From Escherichia phage vB_EcoM_3HA11, in the sequence record MN342150: a DNA stretch of 64,000 nt; one strand, given 5' to 3'. The notes under the pieces were generated by a model. It was not told where the DNA came from. It made no database searches and saw nothing but the letters and a program-made list of their open reading frames with translations. Positions 18,284 to 27,866 of this stretch are shown piece after piece. The translations under genes were made by a program, and so were the position numbers. How positions within the stretch are numbered: the stretch's first letter is position 1; the number at the start of each line of letters is the position of its first letter.

Positions 18284-18333
18284 TTTTCAGGTTAAAATTT
18301 AACTTCCATTGAACTGAAAGGAAATACTTCGTG

Positions 18334-19296
18334 ATGATTATTACTAAAAAGATCGCCGAGTCGATCGTTGAAAAGAATAAGATGTTCGCGCCCAACAAAG
18401 CAAAGGTCATTCTGATTCACGAAGACGGGCGCGTCATCTTCGCTGAGAAGTTTGAGCAGGGTTGTGCTTTCTGGTTCGCAGACACTATGCGCGAAAGCAA
18501 GCTGCAGGGCATCATCTATAAATTGACTCTGGTTGCCAAGCGCAATGATCAGGGTGATTGGGTTACGGTCTGCGATTTCAGCTCTAAGGTTGAAACTAAA
18601 CCCAAAACCCGCCAAGAAAGGATTTTAGAGGCTCAAGAAAAACTTCGAGTCGCTCGCACATCATCCACAGAGAAGCCGGAAATCAAACCAGCCGTTATGC
18701 CTGTCACCAAACTGCCTCCAGTGAGTGAAAAATCTGTTGAGCAGTACGCCGAGAAGCGCAAGGGTGACGGCATGTCTGTTTCAAAGATGTGTAAGATTGT
18801 TGAGCCTTTTAAGGGCGATTCTCCACATGAGCCGAATCCAGTATCTGAATCCCAGCGTTTGGTGAAACTGGAAGACGGCTATGTTGTGGAGAAGTCTGTT
18901 TCGACAGTAGAACCGTTCTGTCCAGATACAGCAAAAGTCAAATCGCTGGCTGAAAAAGTTCACGGTTCAGAATTCATCTCCCTGCGCGAACTCGAACCAC
19001 CTACCCGCCGCCGGATCGCAAATGAGTTATTTGTGTCCTTCAGACCTGACGGGAAGATCATCCTGTGTAAAGCCCTGCGGGATTCTCTACCTTGGACAAC
19101 CTTGAACATGGTAGTGACACGCGACTTCAATAGATTCGGTATCATGCAAGGCAAGGATTACAACGTTAACCAGAGCGGCACTTACGTCAATCGTGCCATG
19201 TGTTCCAAATTGGTCTTCCCTGAAGATACCGGAACCATACGTGTTCGTTTAGAATGGGATGAAACCCTGAACATGTATGTTGGTGATATAAAATAA
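18334..19296 (+). CDS. hypothetical protein (320 aa)
   Basis: RBS AAAGGAAA; no recognisable domain. Confidence 0.55.
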   Translation: MIITKKIAESIVEKNKMFAPNKAKVILIHEDGRVIFAEKFEQGCAFWFADTMRESKLQGIIYKLTLVAKRNDQGDWVTVCDFSSKVETKPKTRQERILEAQEKLRVARTSSTEKPEIKPAVMPVTKLPPVSEKSVEQYAEKRKGDGMSVSKMCKIVEPFKGDSPHEPNPVSESQRLVKLEDGYVVEKSVSTVEPFCPDTAKVKSLAEKVHGSEFISLRELEPPTRRRIANELFVSFRPDGKIILCKALRDSLPWTTLNMVVTRDFNRFGIMQGKDYNVNQSGTYVNRAMCSKLVFPEDTGTIRVRLEWDETLNMYVGDIK

Positions 19297-19309
19297 TTCA
19301 ATAACATTA

Positions 19310-19340
19310 GGGCGGTTATTATTAAACCGCCTTTTATTTG
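19310..19340 (+). terminator. rho-independent terminator
   Basis: GGGCGGTTattattaAACCGCCTTTTATTTG. Confidence 0.55.
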
Positions 19341-19353
19341 AGAGATCTATATT

Positions 19354-20022
19354 ATGAATAAGAAGAGTCGTATCATCATCGGCGCGGATCAGGGAAATCT
19401 GTATTTTGATACAACTGGTGCTATTGCCCACGCCATCCTTCCAACAGGTATTTCTGTTTATTGCGTCGAACATCCAGATCCAGCGATCAAACGACTTTGT
19501 TACATCCATCGTGAAAAGGGATTGATCGTATTACCGGAAGGCGCAATTATGCGCGCTCGTTCTTGGCCGATCGATTTTAATTCCATGAGCAATAGGGAGA
19601 TCGACGCCCGTTTCTTCGCATATAATATGAACCGGACTCTAAAAAATGAAACTCAGAGAGTTGTTAGTTTCGACAATGAAACTCATGGAGTGACGTTAGA
19701 ATTCAGAATTCGTGGTGAAGCTATTCAGGTGAAGAAATCAAGCTGGAAAACTGAAGGGATGTTCACATATGATTATGCGTTAACCGACAAATTGTGCAAT
19801 CAGTTTCGCATTAGTCTGACTGCCAACGACGATTTAGGTCAGTATGTTGTATGGACAGCCCGTTCACCACATATGAACGGTATCATGATGGAGAGTGAAA
19901 CTCGTAATCGCGCTGTGCTCCAACTGCTGCTGTTAGACGCGTATTCTCGCAATCCTCTGGAATATTTGTCTCGAGAGCAAATCGACAACGCTCTTTCCCA
20001 TTGCAATCGTCTGGAGGTGTAA
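19354..20022 (+). CDS. hypothetical protein (222 aa)
   Basis: ORF; no recognisable domain. Confidence 0.5.
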   Translation: MNKKSRIIIGADQGNLYFDTTGAIAHAILPTGISVYCVEHPDPAIKRLCYIHREKGLIVLPEGAIMRARSWPIDFNSMSNREIDARFFAYNMNRTLKNETQRVVSFDNETHGVTLEFRIRGEAIQVKKSSWKTEGMFTYDYALTDKLCNQFRISLTANDDLGQYVVWTARSPHMNGIMMESETRNRAVLQLLLLDAYSRNPLEYLSREQIDNALSHCNRLEV

Positions 20023-20023
20023 T

Positions 20024-20311
20024 ATGTCCGGCGTATGGTGTGATGTATTATTAGTGAGATTTTCAAACGGGATGGATAATCAGATCATTTCATTCTTTTA
20101 TCCTGTCCCTTTTTCTTCGATGGGCCTGACCGTCAAGCGCGTTCTTGACATAGAAGAAAAACTCAACGCCATGCCGTATATGGCGCGACCACACGTGCTG
20201 GGTTGTGAACTGTTAAACGAAATGATGATCGATGAGAATCTTGTTGAAACAATTATCACGCGTGAACAGATGAAAACCATACTGGCTCAGGGAGAACCCC
20301 ATGTCGAATAA
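20024..20311 (+). CDS. hypothetical protein (95 aa)
   Basis: RBS GGAGGTG. Confidence 0.5.
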   Translation: MSGVWCDVLLVRFSNGMDNQIISFFYPVPFSSMGLTVKRVLDIEEKLNAMPYMARPHVLGCELLNEMMIDENLVETIITREQMKTILAQGEPHVE

Positions 20312-20621
20312 ACCGTTTGAACTTAAATTTCGCGTTTGGCATATTCCCCAGGTTCCTGGGATCGCTTTTCATGTTGAGGTTCCAACATTTGAAGAAGCGC
20401 AGCGCCTGAAGAATGCTCTGGGCGATTATGATTTGTTCCAGTTCAACAACAATATCAAGCCGGATTATTGCAATGCTTCGGGCATTCAGATTTATCAACA
20501 TGATCTGACCGATGATGATCTTAATGATATGGGTCTGGATGATCGTTGGGTTGATATGGAAGATGTTGACGAACTTAACGATTATTTCGAGCATCTGCGC
20601 AGTACAGGGTGGGAAATATGA
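20301..20621 (+). CDS. small acidic protein (106 aa)
   Basis: RBS GGGAGAA; Asp/Glu-rich C-terminal half (DDDLNDMGLDDRWVDMEDVDELNDYFEHL). Confidence 0.5.
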   Translation: MSNKPFELKFRVWHIPQVPGIAFHVEVPTFEEAQRLKNALGDYDLFQFNNNIKPDYCNASGIQIYQHDLTDDDLNDMGLDDRWVDMEDVDELNDYFEHLRSTGWEI

Positions 20622-20926
20622 TTTCAAAATATATTGTAAAGCCTGGGGATACTCTGTCCAGCATCGCTCTAAAATTATATGGGGATGCCCAACAGTATAT
20701 CAAATTAGCCAGATTCAACAATATCCAAAACCCAGGCCATATCACGGTTGGTCAGGTTATTTGTTTACCCACACCTGTCGAAGACAAAGAACACATTATG
20801 ATTCCGGTTCAACCGACACAGAAGTGTTTGGATGCGATAGCTGGTTTATTTCGACCAGGTTTTTGTGATGGAACTATTGAACGTCACATTTATCAAGCGA
20901 TTGTGGAAAACGCAGGTGTAAAATGA
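20618..20926 (+). CDS. LysM domain protein
   Basis: YIVKPGDTLSSIALKLYGDAQQYIKLARFNNIQNPGHITVGQVICLP matches the LysM consensus. Confidence 0.65.
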   Translation: MISKYIVKPGDTLSSIALKLYGDAQQYIKLARFNNIQNPGHITVGQVICLPTPVEDKEHIMIPVQPTQKCLDAIAGLFRPGFCDGTIERHIYQAIVENAGVK

Positions 20927-21132
20927 ACGGATTAATTCGTTACCTGTTCATATTCGTAATTTCAACATTCATTTTATTTTTCTTTTTCAAATACTTGAAA
21001 GAGACTAAAATCTACCGAAGTAAACGTTGGCGCAAACGGGTGAGGGTAACTTTCCTGCTGCTGATTTCTTCGGTTACAATAACCGCACTCACATTGGGTG
21101 CATATATCTACATTTTTGAAGGGGTACATTGA
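20923..21132 (+). CDS. small membrane protein
   Basis: 69 aa with two hydrophobic helices; ATGA overlap with the LysM gene. Confidence 0.45.
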   Translation: MNGLIRYLFIFVISTFILFFFFKYLKETKIYRSKRWRKRVRVTFLLLISSVTITALTLGAYIYIFEGVH

Positions 21133-21923
21133 TGTTCAAGAAATTGGTGTTCGGTGCAATTATGGTTCTGGCTGCAAGTCTACTTTCTGGTTGTGGTGGC
21201 GTTATCGATGAAGGTAATGTCGGCGTTCGCACCCAATGGGGTGAAGTAGACATGAACCCTGTAACAGCGGGGATCTACACCAGCTTTGTTTCAAGCGTGG
21301 ATGTTTACACGACCAAAGAAGCCGTTGTGAGTCTGACTAAAATGACGCCAAAGGCCAAAGACAACCTGACTCTGGAAGACTTGGATGTGGATGTTTATTA
21401 CACACCCAATGTCGCAAAGGTTCCGTGGTTCCATACCAAATTTGCTGGCCAGAGCGCTGAACTCGATGATGGCACGATAGCGGTGGGTTTCAATCTAGTT
21501 AAAACTGCTGCAGCATCTTCTTCGATGGACGCCGTTTCTTCTCTTGATTCTATGACAATTCACACCCAACGTGCTGAATTAGAGAAGATGATTAAAGACC
21601 GCACTCAGCAACAATTAGAGACTGCTGCGCCTGGCATGTTCACAATCACACGCGTGTTGGTCAAAAAGGCGCTGACGGATCCTTCTATTGAGCAGTCTAT
21701 CCGTGATAATGTTATGGCGGACAAACGATTGGATACGGCAAGAAAGAACGTTGAAATTCGCGAGCAAGAAGCCCAAGCGAACCAGAAACTGACCACTTCG
21801 CTGACGCCTGAATATCTTCAACATGAATATAACATGGTATTACAATCATGTGCCAATAGTGGAAAATGTACTCTGATCGTTGACGGATCCGGCTCAGGTA
21901 AAATGCTGAACGTCGGCAAATAA
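21129..21923 (+). CDS. SPFH/Band-7 domain lipoprotein
   Basis: Lipobox LLSGC after a signal sequence; IDEGNVGVRTQWGEV and following region resemble the SPFH (HflC/prohibitin-like) domain. Confidence 0.55.
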   Translation: MMFKKLVFGAIMVLAASLLSGCGGVIDEGNVGVRTQWGEVDMNPVTAGIYTSFVSSVDVYTTKEAVVSLTKMTPKAKDNLTLEDLDVDVYYTPNVAKVPWFHTKFAGQSAELDDGTIAVGFNLVKTAAASSSMDAVSSLDSMTIHTQRAELEKMIKDRTQQQLETAAPGMFTITRVLVKKALTDPSIEQSIRDNVMADKRLDTARKNVEIREQEAQANQKLTTSLTPEYLQHEYNMVLQSCANSGKCTLIVDGSGSGKMLNVGK

Positions 21924-22006
21924 ACGCTTTATTCAATAATATTTGTTAGGTAAGCTGTAGTCCTCTTGTAGTGAAACATTGTAAACAACTAACTGGAGTA
22001 ATCCGA

Positions 22007-22285
22007 ATGAACCGTACTGATTTTATCGCTCACATCGCCCAGACTCAGGGTATGACCAAAGGCGAAGCAGAGAAGATCGTGGCATCTTTTATCAACGGCG
22101 TAAAAACTGCAGTCGCAGCTGGCCAATCTGTCCAATTCGTCGGCTTCGGCGCGTTTGAAGTTAAACATCAGGAAGCGCGCACTGGCCGCAACCCGCTGAA
22201 CGGGCAAGCGATTCAGATCGAAGCGAAAAATGTTGTTAAATTCAAAGTCGGCGAAGGTCTGAAAGCTGCCGCCAACGGCCAGTAA
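22007..22285 (+). CDS. HU/IHF-family DNA-binding protein
   Basis: MNRTDFIAHIAQTQGMTKGEAEKIV ... VQFVGFGAFEVKHQEARTGRNPLNGQAIQIEA closely follows the HU consensus. Confidence 0.85.
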   Translation: MNRTDFIAHIAQTQGMTKGEAEKIVASFINGVKTAVAAGQSVQFVGFGAFEVKHQEARTGRNPLNGQAIQIEAKNVVKFKVGEGLKAAANGQ

Positions 22286-22333
22286 TCACATTCAGAGCGG
22301 TCGTGCCTAGCACAGCGTGTTAGGCTAAAAGAG

Positions 22334-22362
22334 AAAGCCGAGGTTAATGCCTCGGCTTTTTC
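22334..22362 (+). terminator. rho-independent terminator
   Basis: AAAGCCGAGGttaatgCCTCGGCTTTTTCG after the HU gene. Confidence 0.7.
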
Positions 22363-22410
22363 GTTGTTGGAATTCGGGTAAACTATAACAGAACCCAAAG
22401 GAGGAACAAC

Positions 22411-24132
22411 GTGACAGCATTTAATCAATACCGAAAGGCAATTGACGCCATAGGCCGTAAGGTTCCTATAGAAGAAATACAAAGCCTTGCCAAAAACGAA
22501 TTTCCATATGACAAGGCGAACCAAGGCCAGATGGAATGTATCGTCGAAGCCGTTGATGCCTTGGTCAACAAAAAGGTCAAACACGTGATCATTGAAGCCC
22601 CAACTGGCGTGGGGAAATCTTTGATCGGGACAACAATTCATAAAGTGATTCGCCATTTGGTTTTACAGGCCGATCCTTATGGGCAATTCCGCACGTCTAT
22701 CAGTACGCCCACCAAAGGTCTACAAGATCAGTATGCTGCTGAAAAGGCGGTGGCGATAGACATCCTGAAAGGCAAGAAGAACTATCGTTGCCACGTACAC
22801 CCAGATGTGTATTACAACGCCGTGCAATGCCGTATAGCATGCCGTGACGGGCATTGTAGCAAACGCCGTTGTCCTTATGTACAGGCGCGCAATTTATGGA
22901 CTGATATTTCGTCATTGCGTTGCACTAATGCAGCTATGATGATTGAGATGTGCACCACCATCTGTATGAAGCCTGAAAACCGTTCCGATATGCTGATCTT
23001 AGACGAGTGTCATAAGATGCCCTCTACGCTCCTAGAGCACACGATAATGGAATACAATACAAAGGCTGTGGATGGGCTGCGAACTATCCCCGAAGGGAAG
23101 GAGATAGTCTCTATCATTGCCGATATCGTAGAACGCACCAAGGACTATGTCTTGGGCAAGTTGTATTCCTTGTCCGGTGAAATGCATTCGATGTTTGAAG
23201 ACCTCCATCTTAAAGTGGAGTCTTTGTTGGAAGTTCTTGAAGAATTGGTTGAAGATGACCGCCTGAGTGAAAGCCAGGTGATGAAACTCGCCGACATTAT
23301 CGATGTACTACACAATCTGAGTGATTATTGTGGTATTATGTCTCAGACAAAGGCCAGCACCTTTATCGTACAGGAAAAGGGAGATGACTTTATTCGGTTT
23401 AAACCCGTCATGCCTTCTGATGTAAGTGAATTTGGATTGTTCAGGAAAGCCGATTACCATGTTCATATGTCGGCAACAATCTGCGGAATCGATTCATATG
23501 CCCGTTCCTTGGGTATCCGCCAGGGGGATTATCATTCAATACAGATTGGAAATCCAATCCCAATTGAAAATCGGAAAGTCAACTATATGCCCATCGTTAA
23601 GATGACCAACAACATGGGCGATTATGAAATGAAAAGGCTGACGGAATACATTGATGAAATAATCGCATTCCATCCAGGGCAATCTGGCATCATACATACA
23701 GTGAGCTATGATCGCGCATTAGCAATACAAAAATTCAGCAAATACCAGAACTTTATCCATGTGCCACGCACTCGAAAGGCGTTGATGGATATTATGGAAA
23801 ATGCCTTCAGGACAAAAACACCTTGTGTTATTGCCAGTCCGGCCATGGAAGAAGGATATGACTTCAAAGGTGATTACAGCCGATTCCAAATACTGATCAA
23901 AGTTCCTTATGATTATTTGGGCGATCCATTGATCGCACATATCAATTCAGTGGATCCGTCTGCGTACTTCCGCAACGCAGTATTGCGCATTGTTCAGATG
24001 TGCGGACGTTCGGTCAGGGGTGTGGATGACTGGGCTGCAACATACATAATCGATTCTTCCTTTGAATCTCTTATGATGCGCAACCCAGAGTTCTTCCCAA
24101 CCTGGTTCACCGATGCAGTATTTGAAGTTTAA
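22411..24132 (+). CDS. DinG/Rad3 (XPD)-family ATP-dependent helicase with Fe-S cysteine cluster
   Basis: Walker A APTGVGKSL, DEAH-like box ILDECH, and a 4-Cys insert (CHVHPDVYYNAVQCRIACRDGHCSKRRC) typical of XPD/DinG. Confidence 0.7.
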   Translation: MTAFNQYRKAIDAIGRKVPIEEIQSLAKNEFPYDKANQGQMECIVEAVDALVNKKVKHVIIEAPTGVGKSLIGTTIHKVIRHLVLQADPYGQFRTSISTPTKGLQDQYAAEKAVAIDILKGKKNYRCHVHPDVYYNAVQCRIACRDGHCSKRRCPYVQARNLWTDISSLRCTNAAMMIEMCTTICMKPENRSDMLILDECHKMPSTLLEHTIMEYNTKAVDGLRTIPEGKEIVSIIADIVERTKDYVLGKLYSLSGEMHSMFEDLHLKVESLLEVLEELVEDDRLSESQVMKLADIIDVLHNLSDYCGIMSQTKASTFIVQEKGDDFIRFKPVMPSDVSEFGLFRKADYHVHMSATICGIDSYARSLGIRQGDYHSIQIGNPIPIENRKVNYMPIVKMTNNMGDYEMKRLTEYIDEIIAFHPGQSGIIHTVSYDRALAIQKFSKYQNFIHVPRTRKALMDIMENAFRTKTPCVIASPAMEEGYDFKGDYSRFQILIKVPYDYLGDPLIAHINSVDPSAYFRNAVLRIVQMCGRSVRGVDDWAATYIIDSSFESLMMRNPEFFPTWFTDAVFEV

Positions 24133-24896
24133 TAACCTGCAATAAACGATAAATGGCACTTGATATTTGGTTCAAGTGTCGTTATCGTGATGATCATATT
24201 ATCCACATCTTGGCTGAAAGATATATTTGCGATCGGTTTGGTCTGAACGTGGTTGTACAGGCTGTATATCAAATCTTCACCACGGTATCCGACTTTACCA
24301 TCAGTATCCTGCCAATGGCCTAACGTGGATTCATGAGCATGTACTCGGAATTCTATCATATGGAACAATGCTTTTGGGATTGTTTTCAGTATGCTGGTTC
24401 CGACAACAGGGATATCAATAGAAGAGTCGTTGGAGTTTCCTTCATAAACTGACGCCCAACCAAATGTTGGATCTCCTCCCGCTACTGGAGTTCTCTTCCA
24501 ATATTGGAATTCCGGATTTCCAGCAGCATTCTTTTGTAGAAGGATAACTTCACCGCCTTCAAAATTAGAAGTGTCTATATCATCACGTGCTAATAAATCA
24601 GCTGGAGAACCAATAAATTTCCAGGTTTCGCGATCTAAAATAGACTTATAATAATCGGTGAATACGTTGCTGTCGTTAGCTGCATTGATTGCGTCTTTAA
24701 GACCTTCACCTGTGACCATCTCATTGAGTTTTAGCCACATGTTTTTGACAGCTGACGCAGCTGCGACCTGACCTTCAGTCCCACCCGCCGTGTAGTCATA
24801 TACGATGTCCAGCTTTTGGATGGAGTCGTTTATGGACAAGAGCAAACGCTCAATTTCTGGGGCGGTCAGACTGAAACGATATGCGCGTTCTGACAT
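24129..24896 (-). CDS. hypothetical protein (255 aa), probable late gene
   Basis: RBS GAGGAA; TATAAGTA (one mismatch to the late consensus) about 33 nt upstream on the minus strand. Stop overlaps the DinG stop convergently. Confidence 0.5.
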   Translation of the reverse strand: MSERAYRFSLTAPEIERLLLSINDSIQKLDIVYDYTAGGTEGQVAAASAVKNMWLKLNEMVTGEGLKDAINAANDSNVFTDYYKSILDRETWKFIGSPADLLARDDIDTSNFEGGEVILLQKNAAGNPEFQYWKRTPVAGGDPTFGWASVYEGNSNDSSIDIPVVGTSILKTIPKALFHMIEFRVHAHESTLGHWQDTDGKVGYRGEDLIYSLYNHVQTKPIANISFSQDVDNMIITITTLEPNIKCHLSFIAGY

Positions 24897-24929
24897 GATT
24901 CGTTCCTCATCGATAAAACCAGTTTGGGA

Positions 24930-24937
24930 TACTTATA
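24930..24937 (-). promoter_or_regulatory. late-promoter-like box TATAAGTA
   Basis: Minus-strand match upstream of the 24896 start. Confidence 0.3.
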
Positions 24938-24938
24938 C

Positions 24939-25466
24939 ATGATTGAAATATACACTGACGGGGCATCTTCCCCGCAGAAGACACAAGCCGCAGGTTGGGC
25001 ATTTGCTATCAGTCCAATCACTGGAGAGCAATGGAAAGTGTTTTATGGGTATTTACCCCCACCGTCAACGAATAATATCGCTGAGTTGCTTGGGGTTATA
25101 AACGCCTTGAAGATTCTATGGAAATTCTCTAATTGCGGGGAACGCTGTATTCCCTCAGCCCGTATTATATCCGACAGCCAATATGTTATCAATAGTGTTT
25201 TGGAGTGGCGTAGAAAATGGGAATATGAAGGGATGCCGCCTAAGAACACAGAACTTCTGCTCGAGTTGTTCGATTATTATGACAAAGTTTGTTCAATTTG
25301 TGAACTTGAATTAAAATGGGTGAAAGGTCATGCGGGGAATATCGGCAACGAAATCGCAGATCAGTGGAGCGTCAGAGCCAAAGAAAATAGCTCGATGGTT
25401 CTTGAAAATAATCGTTTTCTGGTCAGAAAGGTTGTTGGTTCTTTCAATGAATTCATTGGTATTTGA
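24939..25466 (+). CDS. ribonuclease HI (cellular type)
   Basis: IYTDGAS ... NNIAELLGVINAL ... ISDSQYVIN ... WVKGHAGNIGNEIADQWS covers the RNase H catalytic motifs (D, E, D, H..D). Confidence 0.8.
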   Translation: MIEIYTDGASSPQKTQAAGWAFAISPITGEQWKVFYGYLPPPSTNNIAELLGVINALKILWKFSNCGERCIPSARIISDSQYVINSVLEWRRKWEYEGMPPKNTELLLELFDYYDKVCSICELELKWVKGHAGNIGNEIADQWSVRAKENSSMVLENNRFLVRKVVGSFNEFIGI

Positions 25467-25477
25467 GGATTATCACA

Positions 25478-26248
25478 ATGGGTATGAATTTTGTAGACAG
25501 AGGTGATAACGTCACCAAATATTTCACAGACGAAGATAACGATCGAGTTGTGGGGATATTGCGTGATTGGATCCCTGCTCGTAAAAAGGCATTAGCCGAA
25601 GGAACACCCCTACCAAGAATCCCCAATTATGTGGCCATGAATGTTCAGATGATTATTAAGAACATGAGTATGCGCTACAACTATCGTGATTATCCATACC
25701 GCGAAGACATGGTCAGTGAGGCCGTTGTCAACATCCTTCGTTACCTCCATACATTTGATGTCAGTCATATTGGCAAGAAAGGAAAAATCAATTTTTTCTC
25801 TTGGGTAACGATGTGCGCCGACCGTTCATTCGCCAAGAAACTCACCAGTGAAGAAGAACACAATTATATCAAGTTGCGTTCCTTTGAAGAAGCAGGTGGG
25901 TTCGCTGCATTATCGGATGACCCAGACTTCCAACAACAAACCTTCGTTGATAGCACTGGGATAACGATGGACTTTCGTGAGCGTATCGGAAATTTTGAAA
26001 CTAAGAAAGAAGCCCAGCGCGAAAAGGAACGCCAAAAGCAAATCGCCATCAAAGAAGAGGAAAAGAATAAGAAAATTCCTCGCGGTATACTTCAATGTCT
26101 CACAAAGAGTGAAAATACCATTACCGCCGACGCCGAAGATAATTCAGACCATGACTTCGGCTCTACTCAATTTAGTCTTGAAGATATAATGGACAGCCCC
26201 ACATTGTTAGCCGAATCAGTTGGAGAAAAGAATAATGGCGATTGCTAA
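25478..26248 (+). CDS. 55: late-transcription sigma factor gp55
   Basis: Start at ATG 25478 with GAGGA RBS. Architecture and segments (ILRDWIP, RYNYRDYPY, FFSWVTMCADRSFAKKL) parallel T4 gp55 as recalled. Confidence 0.6.
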   Translation: MGMNFVDRGDNVTKYFTDEDNDRVVGILRDWIPARKKALAEGTPLPRIPNYVAMNVQMIIKNMSMRYNYRDYPYREDMVSEAVVNILRYLHTFDVSHIGKKGKINFFSWVTMCADRSFAKKLTSEEEHNYIKLRSFEEAGGFAALSDDPDFQQQTFVDSTGITMDFRERIGNFETKKEAQREKERQKQIAIKEEEKNKKIPRGILQCLTKSENTITADAEDNSDHDFGSTQFSLEDIMDSPTLLAESVGEKNNGDC

Positions 26249-27864
26249 AATTGGCGATTTACACATCGGGAGCCGCAATGGTTCCCGTTACGTTCGTGAA
26301 TTCATAAAGAATTATCTCATCAACTATTTTATTCCCGAATTGGTAGATGCAGACATTAAAGAAGTTTGGCAATTCGGCGACACATTTGATGTTCGTAAAT
26401 TTATGTACGGGCGCGACAAAGATTGGTTGAAAGATGAACTGACGCCAGCCCTGAGAAAGGCGGGTATCAAATGGAATGGCATCGTTGGAAACCATGATAT
26501 CACCTTAGAAGAATCTAACCGTATCAACTGGCCATCCTATCTGAATGAATTAGCGCCAGACGTCTATCATTATTACAGTGAACCCACTGAAGTTTCGATT
26601 GAAGGCGAAAAGGTATTGCTTCTCCCATGGATCAATAAAGAGAATTATGATGCATCTGTTAAAGCGATACAAGATACAGACGCCAAGTACTGTTTTGCGC
26701 ATCTGGAGTTGGCAGGGTTCAAAATGTACCAGTCCTCTGTATGTGATAAAGGTCAGATCGACGTGGCGCTCCTTTCCAAGTTCGAACGCGTGGATACCGG
26801 ACATTTCCATACCCGTTCGATGGAAGGTAACATTCAGTATATTGGGACTCCTTATCACCTTACCTGGGAAGACCATAAAGACGGGACGAACCGAGGATTC
26901 TATGTAGACGATATGAAAGGTGGGGAATTGTTTATTCCCAACAGCGAGCAACAAACGTTGTTCCGATTCATAGAATACGATTACACCCAAATGTCTTCCG
27001 AGAAACCATGATATCACCTTAGAAGAATCTAACCGTATCAACTGGCCATCCTATCTGAATGAATTAGCGCCAGACGTCTATCATTATTACAGTGAACCCA
27101 CTGAAGTTTCGATTGAAGGCGAAAAGGTATTGCTTCTCCCATGGATCAATAAAGAGAATTATGATGCATCTGTTAAAGCGATACAAGATACAGACGCCAA
27201 GTACTGTTTTGCGCATCTGGAGTTGGCAGGGTTCAAAATGTACCAGTCCTCTGTATGTGATAAAGGTCAGATCGACGTGGCGCTCCTTTCCAAGTTCGAA
27301 CGCGTGGATACCGGACATTTCCATACCCGTTCGATGGAAGGTAACATTCAGTATATTGGGACTCCTTATCACCTTACCTGGGAAGACCATAAAGACGGGA
27401 CGAACCGAGGATTCTATGTAGACGATATGAAAGGTGGGGAATTGTTTATTCCCAACAGCGAGCAACAAACGTTGTTCCGATTCATAGAATACGATTACAC
27501 CCAAATGTCTTCCGACACCGAAGGAAATTGGATAGACCCAGATTGGTTAAACAATGATTTGGGTATTGAAGGACAAATCGTTAAGGTGATTGTACAGAAC
27601 CGTGATAATGCTAAGCATTATGAAAAGTTCTGCGACGCGCTGAAGCGTTGTAAATGCATCGATTATAACTTTATAGACCGGACTATCACAGTTGCGTCTG
27701 AGAAGGTAGAAGTCACTGAAGAGATGGTGGCGACTGATGCTGTGGAAGTCCTGAAGAAAGATATCCGCGCCGCCAATAATATCCAGCGCCCTGAAAATGT
27801 TTGCAAATTAGCAGAACAATTCTATAATGCTGCCCAACAACGCCTGAACACATTGGATGCATAA
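26235..27864 (+). pseudogene. 47: recombination nuclease gp47 (Mre11/SbcD-like), frameshifted by a 514-bp tandem duplication
   Basis: Phosphoesterase motifs GDLHIG, GDTFD, GNHD, GHFH. The N-terminal frame stops at 27011 just inside copy 2; a second frame (27130..27864) repeats residues LLPWINKEN..YDYTQMSS and continues to the C-terminus. Confidence 0.8.
26488..27515 (+). repeat. perfect direct tandem duplication, 2 x 514 bp
   Basis: Copies at about 26488..27001 and 27002..27515; ORF-track pairs 26578..26907/27092..27421 (+) are identical and 26550..27041/27064..27504 (-) share an identical 146-aa stretch. 514 is not a multiple of 3. Confidence 0.9.
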
Positions 27865-27866
27865 TA

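Noticed and set aside
26488-27515. Possible CRISPR array or mobile element at the tandem repeat
   Set aside because: Only two copies of a 514-bp unit, no spacers, no transposase or inverted repeats; it is a simple intragenic tandem duplication.
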